Shown: positions 21,933 through 34,100 of the stretch, in pieces | Layout of the letters: every line of letters begins with the position of its first letter | How positions within the stretch are numbered: the first letter of the stretch is position 1 | Assembly: GCA_977020255.1 (NCBI GenBank) | Contig: CDROCS010000275.1 | Location: 248,001-312,000, forward strand | Origin: Obrimoposthia wandeli | Lineage: Eukaryota | Length of the DNA: 64,000 bases | Direction: 5' to 3' | Notes under the pieces: model-generated | What the model was told of the DNA's origin: nothing | Databases searched by the model: none | The model's input: only the letters and a program-made list of their open reading frames with translations | Position numbers and translations under genes: made by a program

Positions 21933-23149
21933 CTAGTATAAAATCTGAATTGTGTATTTTCTATAGACCACTACCTCAAGTAGTGATTGAAAATTCAAGT
22001 TTTGAAGAAATATTTCCAATCAATTCAATTACTGGGGGAAATTTAAATGACATAGAATTTAATATTCATGCATCTGAATAAGATTATCTGGATTTGAATG
22101 ATACTTTGTTAAATATTAAATTAAAAGTTGTAAATGAAGATGGTACTGATTTAATGAAAGATAACGATGTAACTCCAGATAATTACATGTTTCAAACTTT
22201 GTTTAGAGATGTTATTCTAACACTTAATAATGTAAAGGTTGAAGGAGGAAATGGAACGTATACTCATAAGGCTATATTCGATACTCTTTTGAATTTTAGT
22301 AGTGATACCAAGTATACTAACCTTGAATGTTCCGGGTATGATGATGATGCAAAAAATCGTAAACAATGGATTAGTGAATCTAAAATATTTTCATTGTGTA
22401 ATTCAATTAGATTAGATTTCTTTGATCAACCAAAATATTTGATTCCAGGGATTAATGTTCATTTGAGATTTATGAGAAATCAGCATAATTTTTCGCTCTA
22501 TTCAGAAACTTCAAAACCAATTATTCAAATTCTAGATGCTAGATTGTATGTTAGAAGAGTAAAAGTTGATTCTTCAGTAATGATTGGACATCAGTTAGGT
22601 TTGCAAAGTCAGAATGCAGTTTACCCAATTAGAAAAACTCAGTTAGTAACATATTCAATTCCTCAGGGTTCTTTGGAACTTAATAAAGATCAAATATTCG
22701 GAGACTATCGTTTACCCAAGTTCATTTTGATTGCTTTCAAAGATACACCTCAGGGTGGTAAGGAATACAAAGTTAAATCTTCTACGTTCAATACATTTAA
22801 TGTTTCAACAATATCATTAGCTAGAAATACAGATTATCGAGAAACTTATAATCTAGATAATAACAATTTTTCATTAGCATATATGCAGTCAATTATTCGA
22901 AATATGAATATTTTAGATAAAAACTTGAATAATGGTATCAGATTTTCTGATTTTAAATCAAGAAGTTCGATTTTCACTTTTCTATTAGCACCAGATTTTG
23001 ATATAAACACTACTCAAGTGCCTAAAACTGGTAATTTAAGACTTGAAATTAGATTTAATTCTCCTTTGGTTGTTCCAACAAGTGTTTTGATTTACGGAAT
23101 ATTTGATTCCGAAATTCAGATTACGAAAAATAAAACTGTGATTGTATGA
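21929..23149 (+). pseudogene. Double jelly-roll major capsid protein with in-frame TAA at 22079-22081
   Basis: ATG 21929 MTSIKSELCIF...IEFNIHASE*DYLDLNDTLL is in frame with ORF 22094-23149; typical LRLEIRF..P C-terminus. Confidence 0.9.
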
Positions 23150-23522
23150 AGTAAGCTTATTGTATATTATATTCTTTATTTAAATTAGTACTTTAGAAAT
23201 TTATAAATCCGGAAAAATATTATTGAATAACAAATTTAATGGAGTATATTCATTGGATAAAATTCCATCATTAAAACCCGGAGGCTACATTATCAATACT
23301 CATACTTCAAATCTACCAGGCGAACATTGGATAGCAATATTCGTTGACAGATTCGAGATTCGAGTGTTTGATCCTTTTGGATTCTATTATCCTTCAAAGT
23401 TGGTGTCTACACTTGAAAAAGAAAACATTCCAGTCTACTATAATCGAGTTAAATTTCAGAATCCATTAACTAAAAACTGCAGACCTCTGAGTCTTTTATG
23501 GTTGAAACTTCAACACAAATAA
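23146..23522 (+). pseudogene. Adenain-family cysteine protease, N-terminus disrupted
   Basis: NTHTSNLPGEHWIA, VFDPFG, FQNPLTKNC (usual CG is CR here). Confidence 0.85.
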
Positions 23523-23574
23523 TTTTAAGTATAAACAAATATATCATTATAGTATTTCATTTTATTTTTTTCAA

Positions 23575-24028
23575 ATGGCTTTTTTTTGATTTAGAATGTT
23601 TTATTGATAATAATGGAGAATATATTCCAAAGGAATTATGTATAATGTATGTGAATGATATGACTTGTCCATTTCATTACGTGTTTAAAAATCAAATACT
23701 ATGGAGTAGTTTATCATTTACAGTTAAAAGAAAAAATCTATATTTGATAAATCATCATCATCAGTTATCCTGGTTTGAAGGTGAAAGCTCTGATATTCAT
23801 ATTGATGATGTTGAAACAATATTCTATGTTATGGATTCTATTGATGGAAAGAAAATTAATTTAGTGAAACGAATGTTTCCAAATTTGAGAATTGTGAATT
23901 ATAATAAAAGTTTCAAAAATTTAAAGAAAATGCCAAAAAATATTCGATGTCCGTTTAGAAAACACGGAAAACATTGTGCTTATTTGAAATGTTTTTCTCT
24001 ATGTATTGATTATGTAAATTGTATATAA
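23575..24028 (+). pseudogene. DnaQ/DEDD-like exonuclease-type accessory protein, probable +1 T frameshift after the start
   Basis: FFDLECF...PKEL and C-terminal CPFRKHGKHCAYLKC; removing one T of an 8-T run gives MAFFDLE from ATG 23575. Confidence 0.6.
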
Positions 24029-25157
24029 ATATATTTATTAAGGATATTTTATTTTAATATATAATTTATGTTATTTAAATAATTTTTACCATATTTCTTT
24101 AGATGTGTAAGCCTAGGAAAAAACTTTGATCTAAATTTTCACATAGAATAGTGTGTGTATGATTACGTAATACATTCCTTAACTGATAAGAGTGAACTTT
24201 AGCTTAAATTTTCACATAGAATAGTGTGTGTATGATTACGTAATACATTCCTTAACTTTTAAGAGTGAACTTTCACATAGAATAATTGATTGAATACTAT
24301 ATAATTTCTTAATTTATGCCAAATCTAACCCTTAACTTGTGAACGACCATAAAATTTTTACATGAATAAACTCGTAATATGTTGACGAATACAACCATGT
24401 ACTTGAAACTATGAAATTCCAACTTTTTTTTAACCCTTCATCTATGGACGACCATACCTATATGGATGAATTCGTCTTCTAAAGATGATTACAACCATGT
24501 ATTCAAACTTTGACATTTAAAACTTGATTTGGTCTATAGCTCGACCCTTTGATTTATGGACAGTCATACTTTATGGGTGACTTCGTCTTCTAAAGATGAT
24601 TACAACCATGTACTAAAACCTTGATATTTTAATTTTTTTTTTAGTCCTACCCTTTGACCTATGGACGACCACAACCCTTTAGATGTGATGACCAACCATA
24701 GTTGACCTTAATCATACCTTCAAAGTTTCAAGTCAAAACTGAGTCTGACCCTTTGATTTATGGACGACCACAACCCTTTAGATGTGACGGCCAACTATAG
24801 TTGACCTTAATTATACCTTCAAAGTTTCAAGTCAAAACTGACCTTGACCCTTTGAATTATGGACGACCATAGTGGTATACCAAAGAAGGGTGGAGACTAG
24901 ATCAATTGACCCTTCCGCCCTCCCCCCTTAAAACCTTCAAGTCAAAACTGACCTTGACCCTTTGACCTATGGACGACCACAACCCCTTGGGTATGTTGGT
25001 CGACCATAGACCGTCACGACCATACCTTCAAACCTTCATAACCTTTCTGAGCCAGACCCTTATGGTGTGGCAAGACACCCTTATGGTGTGACACCCTTTA
25101 ACTTGGTGTGCGCACACAGGGGGGTCAAGTGATCTAGACTCCATCCTTCTACCTACT
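23884..25157 (-). repeat. Right TIR of the Polinton
   Basis: Inverted copy of 11655-12991. Confidence 0.9.
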
Positions 25158-25578
25158 TACATGTATATTCGTACTGATTTTGGGAAATGGACAATTAATT
25201 GATATATATTAAATCAAATGCCTATATTTATAATCCTGTTCTAAGACATATTAGGAGCAAAATAAATAAAATAATTTTAAATAATTCAAATAACTAAAAT
25301 GTTACAGTTACAAGAGTTAACTTTATTAGTCAGAGTCACCTGAGGCCCTACACCATCAGTGGGTTTTTCTAACAAAAATTTGGAAACGTGAGTAAGTCAT
25401 TAAAAGTGGATTCAAGAAGTCATCATTATACGAGGAGTGAAAACCGAACGAGAAATTCTGAGATAGTGAATTAAGCATAAAATAAAATCTATTTTTGTTT
25501 TATCTCAGTAGATGTAGATATAAAAGAGGACAAGAATTCCAATTGAAGACAAAAAAACATTGATAGCGAAATTTCCAC

Positions 25579-26190
25579 TGGCACTATACCCTGTGAACAA
25601 GCTGTTTGGGAATGAACATGTTGAAAGCGCCGAATTTTTAAAGCTACTTTTGTCGTACATTTGAATGGAATCATCGAAGCGACTATATAAACCATAATCG
25701 ATCTTTTTATGTTAAACTAAAATTCACTGAAATTCACATTTATGCAGTTTAAAATAAAATTAAATTTAAGATTCATTAATTTGATTATTCATTACATTAT
25801 TTATTTAAATATTATATGAACTTTTCGGATAAAATCTATACTAAGAATAATTTTTTTTAACTAAAAATATAAAATTTTTCTTTGTATAAATCATAAATTA
25901 TAGATATTTAAAGATATTTTGGGTGAATTTCCTTTATTGTAATTTAATGTTTGTAATTTATTCAAATATAATACATTTCTAAAGTTTCTTTTGTATAAAA
26001 ACAGACTTATTTTGAGCTCACACAGAATAGTCTTGGGGAAGTATAATATTTTACTATTTTATGTATGTATAAAAATTGTCATTCAATTCTTATTGCCGAA
26101 GTTCACCTGTGAGATCTATTTTGTCTCCTCATTGTCTCATCGGCGCTTTGAACATGTTCATTCCCAAACAGCTTGTTCCATATAGTGCCA
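25579..26190. mobile_element. MITE-like element bounded by ~52-bp inverted repeats
   Basis: 25579-25633 (tggcactata...gaacaagctgtttgggaatgaacatgttgaaagcgccga) is inverted at 26140-26190; no TSD found. Confidence 0.55.
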
Positions 26191-27149
26191 TATTATATAG
26201 TTGACTATTGATTCTCCCTTTTCATCTTGACAGAGTACGGATAAAGTCTGACGTGTAATATTTTTTAAATTTTATATAATATAACGTTTATGAATATCTT
26301 GATAATTTACAATTTTTCTTTTATATTTGTTATAATGCTTTTCTTGAGATTTATTATGAAAAAGTAGTTTTGTGAAAGTTGATTTTAAAATAAAAAATTT
26401 AATTGCACTTTTGTATAACATTATTACACAAACTGACAACAAAATGTGTGATCTTATAAAGGTCATACAATATAGTTTCCTTACTTTAGATTACAGGTGG
26501 AACCGGTCATCCAAAATCTAACCTGATCTGATAGACGATAAACATAATTTAGACCTGTTTCGGTCGACTAAACAAACGACATTTCAGAATTTAATAACCC
26601 AAAATAGCTGCAACATAATTGGCATACTAAAATGTGGTTTTAACCGGTTTATATATTCTCTTTCATTCCATATAAATTGAAACTATAATGACTATTTTTA
26701 GTAGTTTATCATATTGTTAATATTTTGTATATATACTTTCAAATATTAACAGTATACTTATGACAATGTGTCAATCTAATTTCAGTAGTGTTGCATTTTT
26801 CTAATAAAGAAAATTTACTTGGCAGGACTAAACAATGTTGTGCAAACAGAATTTGCTCAATTTATCATCATTTTATTAATTGAAATTACAGAGCATTGTC
26901 AAAGTTACCTCCACTATCAATAATCAAGTTAACATACTGGGTGACATATAAGTTACTTGACCCAAATTCAAAAAAAAACTTTATATTATTAGAAATGATT
27001 TTTTTAATCATTATAAAAAGTTTTAAATGAAGTTAAATTTTTTTGTTTCTAAACGTAGACTACACATTTGTGAATAAATATGCATATTTATAATATAAGT
27101 ATAATTAAGATATAATTATAGTTTTTAACTTAAATATTCCAACATAAAT

Positions 27150-28020
27150 TATGGCTAACGCAAACAGACAATGAAATTTTATTGAACGACTTCATGTGAT
27201 TAAAAAATATAATTTTGGAGGTCGCACTTATAAATACGTTATTGATACATGAACCGATACTTGTACATTACCTAATCCTTTAAATGAATCTTTTGGCAAT
27301 TTAGTTAATAAGTTTGATCGGCTATGTAATATTGCAAATGCTCCCATGCCTGGTGCACCCAAATCAATCCGACCCGCGGATAACAGAGATATTGTTGCTG
27401 CAACCCATGCGCATAACCCAACTAAGTCTCAAAGACGTGCATCTACAAAACTTAGTTTTTCGTGAAGATCTCTTGGACGTCTCATGGAAGATACAGGACT
27501 GGCCCTATTGACTAAAAGCACTGCAAGCATTAAATAACGATGATCCAGACAAAGACTACTATTTTCTGAAATATTTATTGGGTTTATAAGGACGGTCCAC
27601 ACATTTTGAATCAAATAATATGCTCGGATGAAGCCCAATTCGAGTTCAATAGATAATTGTGTGTATTGGAGTGATTCGTATTCTTACCAAATTTGCACAA
27701 ATCATGTCAACATTCCAGGCATCACTGTATGAGCAGGTATATTAAACTTTTATTTTTCAGAAGAACCATTAATTCTAAAGACTATCAAGCTATGTTGAAA
27801 GAAGAGTTTATCCATGTTACATCCAATCTCATCAATTTAGACAATTGTTATTTTCAACGAGAAGGTGTTCCGCCACATTACATTCATTTAGTAAGAGAAT
27901 GGCCCTATGAAACGTTTCCTGATCATTGGCTAGATCATATAGGTCCTATTGAGTGACCAACAAGGTAACCGACCTAACTTCTTTCGAATTCTTGCTCTAG
28001 GGGGGGTTCTAAAAATCCAC
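27150..28020 (+). pseudogene. Degenerate mariner-family transposase
   Basis: EGVPPHYIHLVREWPYETFPDHWLDHIGPIE* resembles QQDGAPPH...WIGRRGPIEWPPRSPDL. Confidence 0.75.
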
Positions 28021-29339
28021 TGTACTAACGTTTTAATCGTCCAAGTGCTACATCATATGATTTTCTTGTGAAATCTAGATTCAAAATTAATATCAACGGT
28101 TCTTTTACCAGATACTGCCGTAAATTTAGTAACTTGTCGACTTTATCTCCCGCTACATTATTTATTAAATCATTATATATGGCTCTCTAACTCTCGAATT
28201 CATATAAGCTTCCATTAAAACCCATATGTACACCTTCAATACTTCATTCCTCGCCAACCACTGATTTATTTAATTACATTATAGATCTTTCCTCCAATAA
28301 TCATTCTTGCTTCTCATTAAATTCTTCATATACGTGGTTATTTTACTGATATCCTTTTCTATATCTTTTTGGTTATCCTCCATATGTAATTCATCCGCTA
28401 ACATCTGAATCTCATTTAATTGTGTTAACGTTCTTTAAAAAAACAATATATCCGTATCTTTCAATTTCTTCTTCACTATTCTCTCTTCTTGTTGATCTAT
28501 TGAAAGTGTTTCTAGCCTTTATCAACATACCTTTCCATATTCGTTTTTGTTTTATTAACTAAATTAGCTTTGTTTCAGCATCGATACCTCCAATTAATTT
28601 TAAATTAATTTTACTTTATTTAGTATTATTTTGACTGTTAGGAAGGAGCTTTCTATTCCATTGTAACTTAAATTTATTAATCTTTAAATTTAATAACTTG
28701 ATATCATGACCTCTAAATTTGTCATATACAATCGTATTTTATCTTATACTCAATATTATTCCAATCTTTATATATTATTAATATATCTAAAATTAATTAT
28801 TTCTCTTTTATCCTTATCATCATACACTTTCTATCTAATGAGTGAAAGAAAGTATATAAGAGAACACTTTTACTAATAACGGCCTTGATCGCAATTATCC
28901 TATAACTACTATCTAGCCTAATTCTTAAAATCTCAAAGGACCTTACATAAGTCTATCCAAACTCTCCAATATATAAATTTTAATGTCTTCATTAGGGGCC
29001 AGAAATAATAATTTATTAAATATTTTCAATCATTAGGTTTTGTAAATCAGTTTGGAAAATTCAAATAAAATCAAGAATAGAGTATATAAATACATTTCAA
29101 CAATTAAAATCATCTATAATGTCTATGTAAGCTATAAATTAAGTTTATGGAATCAATATTTCAAGTTTGAATATCAAAAATAATTACAACTTTTGAGGAA
29201 AACTATTGATACTTAATAAAATATACAATAGTTATGTGGTGACCTTGGAAATACCAGAAAAAATTATTTAATTTCAAATTAAAAATTAAACCATTTTGTT
29301 TAAATATGTGGAATAAAAAATACAATTATTCAAACTGCG

Positions 29340-31106
29340 ACTTCGACTCCTACATTGGTGAGCCGGACAACAGAAGAACATGCCGAACGAAGAACAGCAT
29401 ATTGCTCACCATTTTGTCACCATTTTGGCCAGAAGATCCGAACTTTGGTCCAGATTGAAGCTAATTCCAAACAAGTGGAATCTCCTCATAGAAAACGAAA
29501 CACAGCATCCCGGGGTCGGGATATTATTATGCAGCCAACAGCTACAGATCCATACGAGAGTCTACATGCGGCTATGATCAAGCGAATGGCCCCATCCAAA
29601 TTCCAAAGACTGGAGCAGTTACTGAATATGGGTCCGATTGAAGATAGGAAGCTGACTCAATTGCTTAGGGACATGAAGCGACTTAGCGAACATAATAGTG
29701 TCAGAGATCTCCTACAAGAAATATTTATGTGGAATATTACAGCACAAGTATGAGAAATGTTAGTCACTCTTACTGACAAACCATTCGAAGATATCGCAGA
29801 ATTTGCAGATAGTATCACGGAGGCTTTGGAGACATCGACTCATCCGGTCTCAGAAATTTCAACATATTGCCAGAAGGACAGCTTCCAAGATCAGATAAAC
29901 GGGTTATCGAAGAAATTGAAAATGTACTCAAGCGTATTGATAATGGCTCTTCAAATCCAAGAAAAAATAGATGATATCATCGAGTCGTCTTATGTACGTC
30001 ACAAATTAATTAACAGGCCAACAACATTTAGTAGATACTGGTGCTGAATTCAGTGTTCTCCCAACAACAGCTCAATACCGTGTTTCTCCAAATACAGAAA
30101 ATCTGAAAGCAGCAAACAATACACCTATCAGAACGTTTGGTTGCCGTGAAATAAAGTTAAATATTGGCCTTCGACAATTGACTTCATAATTACAGACGTA
30201 TCTAGACCCATTCTTGGCGTAGATTTCTTCCGACATTTTGGGATACTAATTTATTTACCTAATTGACGATTAATCAATGCTGAAACATTTGTCAATGCGC
30301 CAATTTGAAATACATACGGTATCTCGTCGTTATTGGATATAGATGGTCTGAAGATGTTTATACAAAAATGCTAATTGAGTTTCCAAATCTTACGAATACT
30401 CAATTTCGTCAGACAAACTCAGGCATGAAATATTCCATCATAGCGAGACAGCATGAGTTCCCGTTTACTGCCGTCCAAGACGACTACCTATGGAGAAATT
30501 CACAGCCGCCAAAAATGAATTTGATTATATCTAAAGGCAGGAATAGTTCGATGTGCCAACAGTCCTTGGGGATCAGCTCTTCATATGGTTCCGAAATCTA
30601 TAAAACTCGCAGAATGGATACCATGTGGAGACTACCACGTTCTGAACCAAGCTACTACTCCCGATAGATATCCAATTCCTCATATTCAAGATTGCAACCA
30701 GAAGCTAGCCGGGATGAAATTTTTTCGAAAATTGATCTTATAGAATATCATCAAATTCCTATTGCTCCGAAGGATATTTCTAAAACGGCTATAACAACAT
30801 CATTTGGGATGTTCGAGTATTTGAGGATGCCATTTGAACTCCGAAACGCAGAACAAACATTTCAGAGACTGATGGATAAGGTTTGTCATGGGTTGGATTT
30901 TGTTTACGTCTATTTGGACAACATTTTGGTATTTAGTCAATCCGAGGAAGACCATGTCAATCATATTAAGAAGCTGTTTGGTCGACTCGACGATAATAGT
31001 CTGATAATAAACAAAGTAAAATGCGAATTTTGAAAAAAATCTATCACTTTTCCGGGACATCTTATCAATGCAACAGGGATTCTTCCGCCTACAGAGAGAA
31101 TACGTG
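29340..31106 (+). mobile_element. Degenerate Ty3/gypsy element, 5' part (gag, protease, RT)
   Basis: Gag SPFWPEDP / DPYESLHAAMIKR / RKLTQLLRDMKRL; protease LVDTGAEFSVLP; [25 protein letters not shown]. Confidence 0.9.
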
Positions 31107-34100
31107 AGTAGGTAGAAGGATGGAGTCTAGATCACTTGACCCCCCCTGTGTGCGCACACCAAGTTAAAGGGTGTCACACCATAGAAATGTCACACCATAA
31201 GGTGTCACACCATAAGGGTATATGTTGCCTCACCATAAGGGTATATGTTGCCTCACCATAGAAATGTCACACCATGAAGGTATATGTTGACTCACCATAA
31301 GGGTGTCTTGCCACACCATAAGGGTCTGGCTCAGAAAGGTTAAGATAGAGAGGGAGGGGGGAAGGGTCAATTGATCTAGTCTCCACCCTTCTTTGGTATA
31401 CCACTATGGTCGTCCATAATTCAAAGGGTCAAGGTCAGTTTTGACTTGAAGGTTTTAAGGTATGGTCATGACCGTCTTTGGTTGGCCATCACATCTAAAG
31501 GGTTGTGGTCGTCCATAAATCAAAGGGTCAAGGTCAGTTTTGACTTGAAGGTTTTAAGGTATGGTCATGACCGTCTATGGTTGGCCATCACATCTAAAGG
31601 GTTGTGGTCGTCCATAAATCAAAGGGTCTAGGTCAGTTTTGACTTGAAACTTTGAAGGTATAATTAAGGTCAACTATGGTTGACCATCACATCTAAAGGA
31701 TTGTGGTCGTCCATAGGTCAAAGGGTCGGACTAAAAAAAAAAAATTAACGAATTCATCCATATAGGTATGGTCGTCCATAGATGAAGGGTTAAAAAAAAT
31801 TGGAATTTCATAGTTTCAAGTACATGGTTGTATTTGTCAACATATTACGAGTTTAATCATGTAAAAATTTTATGGTCGTTCACAAGTTAAGGGTCAGATT
31901 TGGAACAAACATGATAATTTTATTACATGGCGGTATTTGCATATGAAAATTGACTTCAAAGATACCCTTAAGGTCATGCAAACTTTAAGAGGTCCTTGTA
32001 AAAAATAAAAATACTTGTAATTTTCTAAAATAAAAATATTTTTTAAATTTAAATTTGTGCCAAATTATTTTGTTAGATTTTGTAAAGTTAAACAAATTTA
32101 ATTTATAGAATTTTTTAAAATATTAAAGTAACATTATTTAAAATAAATATTAGGGAAAATGTTAATAAACTCAAATTACTTTACTAACAGTATTATTATT
32201 ATTATTATTATTTTTTCATAAATATTTAAATTTACGCAAATTTTTATCCATTTTATTAATGTAATTAAACAATTCCTGGTCCTGGTGAAAAATAAAAAAT
32301 ACTTGTAATTTTCTAAAATAAAAATATTTTTAAATTTAAATTTGTGCCAAATTATTTTGTTAGATTTTGGTAAAGTTAAACAAATTTTAATTTAAGGGAT
32401 TTTTTAAGATATTAAAGTAACATTAATTAAAATAAATATTAAGAAAAAATGTTAATAAACTCAAATTACTTTACTAACAGTATTATTATTATTATTATTA
32501 TTATTTTTTTTTTTTCATAAATATTTAAATTTACGCAAATTTTTATCCATTTTATTAATGTAATTAAACAATTCTTTGCGGAAAAATTACTTGTAATTTT
32601 GTTTTTTCTTCAAAATAATAATAATTTAAATTTGCGCCAATTTAATTTATTAGATATTATTAAAGTTAAACAAATTTTAATTTAACAAGTTTTTTAATAT
32701 TAAAGTACCAACACATCTATCAATCAATTATTCTATGTGAAAGTTCACTCTTATCAGTTAAGGAATGTATTACGTAATCACACACACACTATCCTATGTG
32801 AAAATTTAGTACAAAGTTTTTCCCAGGCTTATGCATCTAAAGAATTATGGTAAAATTTCTTTAAATAACTTAAATTTCATGTCATACATACTTTGGAGTC
32901 CTGGAGAAAAATACTTGTAATTTTCTAAAATAATTTTATTTTTTTTTTAATTTAAATTTGTGCCAAATTTTTTATCGTTTCTTTGATTTAATTAAACAAA
33001 TTTGATTTTAAACATAATGTTAATTATAAAATAATTAATAATTTGATAAAAATTCATCTTACCACAAGTTATTCATCGAATCCATTGATGTATGTCCGTC
33101 AGCCTAATAGCATTATTCCATAATCTAACTGTAACTTTAGAAAAAAAAATAACAAATTTATTATATTAAAATTTAAAAATTGCGCGTTTTTTATTGTTTA
33201 CAATTAATGTATTAAAATAATGACGAAAATAGTTTCAAATACAAAGCAATTCATATTAATTATAACTAATTTATTAAAATAAACAAATTTACAAGTACTA
33301 TTTGATATTTTTAAAATATAAATAATTTATTTAAAAAAAAAGAATACTTCAAGTTCAAGTTAAATTTTGATAAATTCTAACATATTATTTTTAAATTACC
33401 GCCATTTATATATTATCCCTTTTGATGTATTTAAACAAATGTATATACAAACCTAATTATTATAACTCTAAGTTAAATATCTTAAATATTTATTAATTTT
33501 AAAATTGCATTATTTTATGATTGTAATTTATACCTAAAATAATGATGAATTTATTAAAAATATAATAATTACAAAGCAAATTAAAAAAAATTAAAAAAAA
33601 AATATATATATATATATATAAAGTAAAATCATTTGCTATTATTAATTTGTAATTTTCAAATTAATACTAGCAACCAATGAATAACATTAATAATATGTTT
33701 ACATTATATTAATTAATATGTAAATTTTCATGTGTGTGTTTTCTCTCACATAACTTTCACATGTTATAATGATCAATTAACACTCACATAAATAATTAAA
33801 ACATCCTTATAACATTCCTTAATTGATTTTTATTTAAACTGATAAAATTAACTTAATGTTATTCAAAGCTTACTAATTAAATAAATGTTTATTTAAATAA
33901 TTTGAGTATTAACATTATTCGATTTACACTATAAATATTCGAAAATATCTTTAACACATTAAAAAATAACTTCAATTTTTAAAATTTGTATCGAATATTG
34001 AAAATTCATTTGAAAACACATGTTTTTCGTCTATAAATTCGAATATAAAATCTTTAATTATATTGTTTTATATGTAAATAAATTAAAATATGTACATATT

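Larger units (their letters stand above)
11655..25157. mobile_element. Polinton/Maverick (adintovirus-like), near-complete, decaying copy, 13,503 bp
   Basis: AGTAGGTAGAAGG...CCTTCTACCTACT termini; 6-bp TSD TACATG (11649-11654, 25158-25163); encodes pPolB, ATPase, integrase, capsids and protease. Confidence 0.97.

Noticed and set aside
11645-25167. The reconstructed empty site of copy 1 contains a perfect 14-bp palindrome ATATACATGTATAT
   Set aside because: The TSD is off-centre by one base and the other sites lack it; likely chance in AT-rich DNA.
28050-28830. Possible non-LTR retrotransposon remnant (similar scraps near 5920-6400 and 58500-58680)
   Set aside because: Too degraded to support a family call.
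31446-31631. ORFs inside TIRs (also 11523-11705, 37566-37769, 62657-62857)
   Set aside because: Translations of TIR tandem repeats, not conserved as ORFs between copies.
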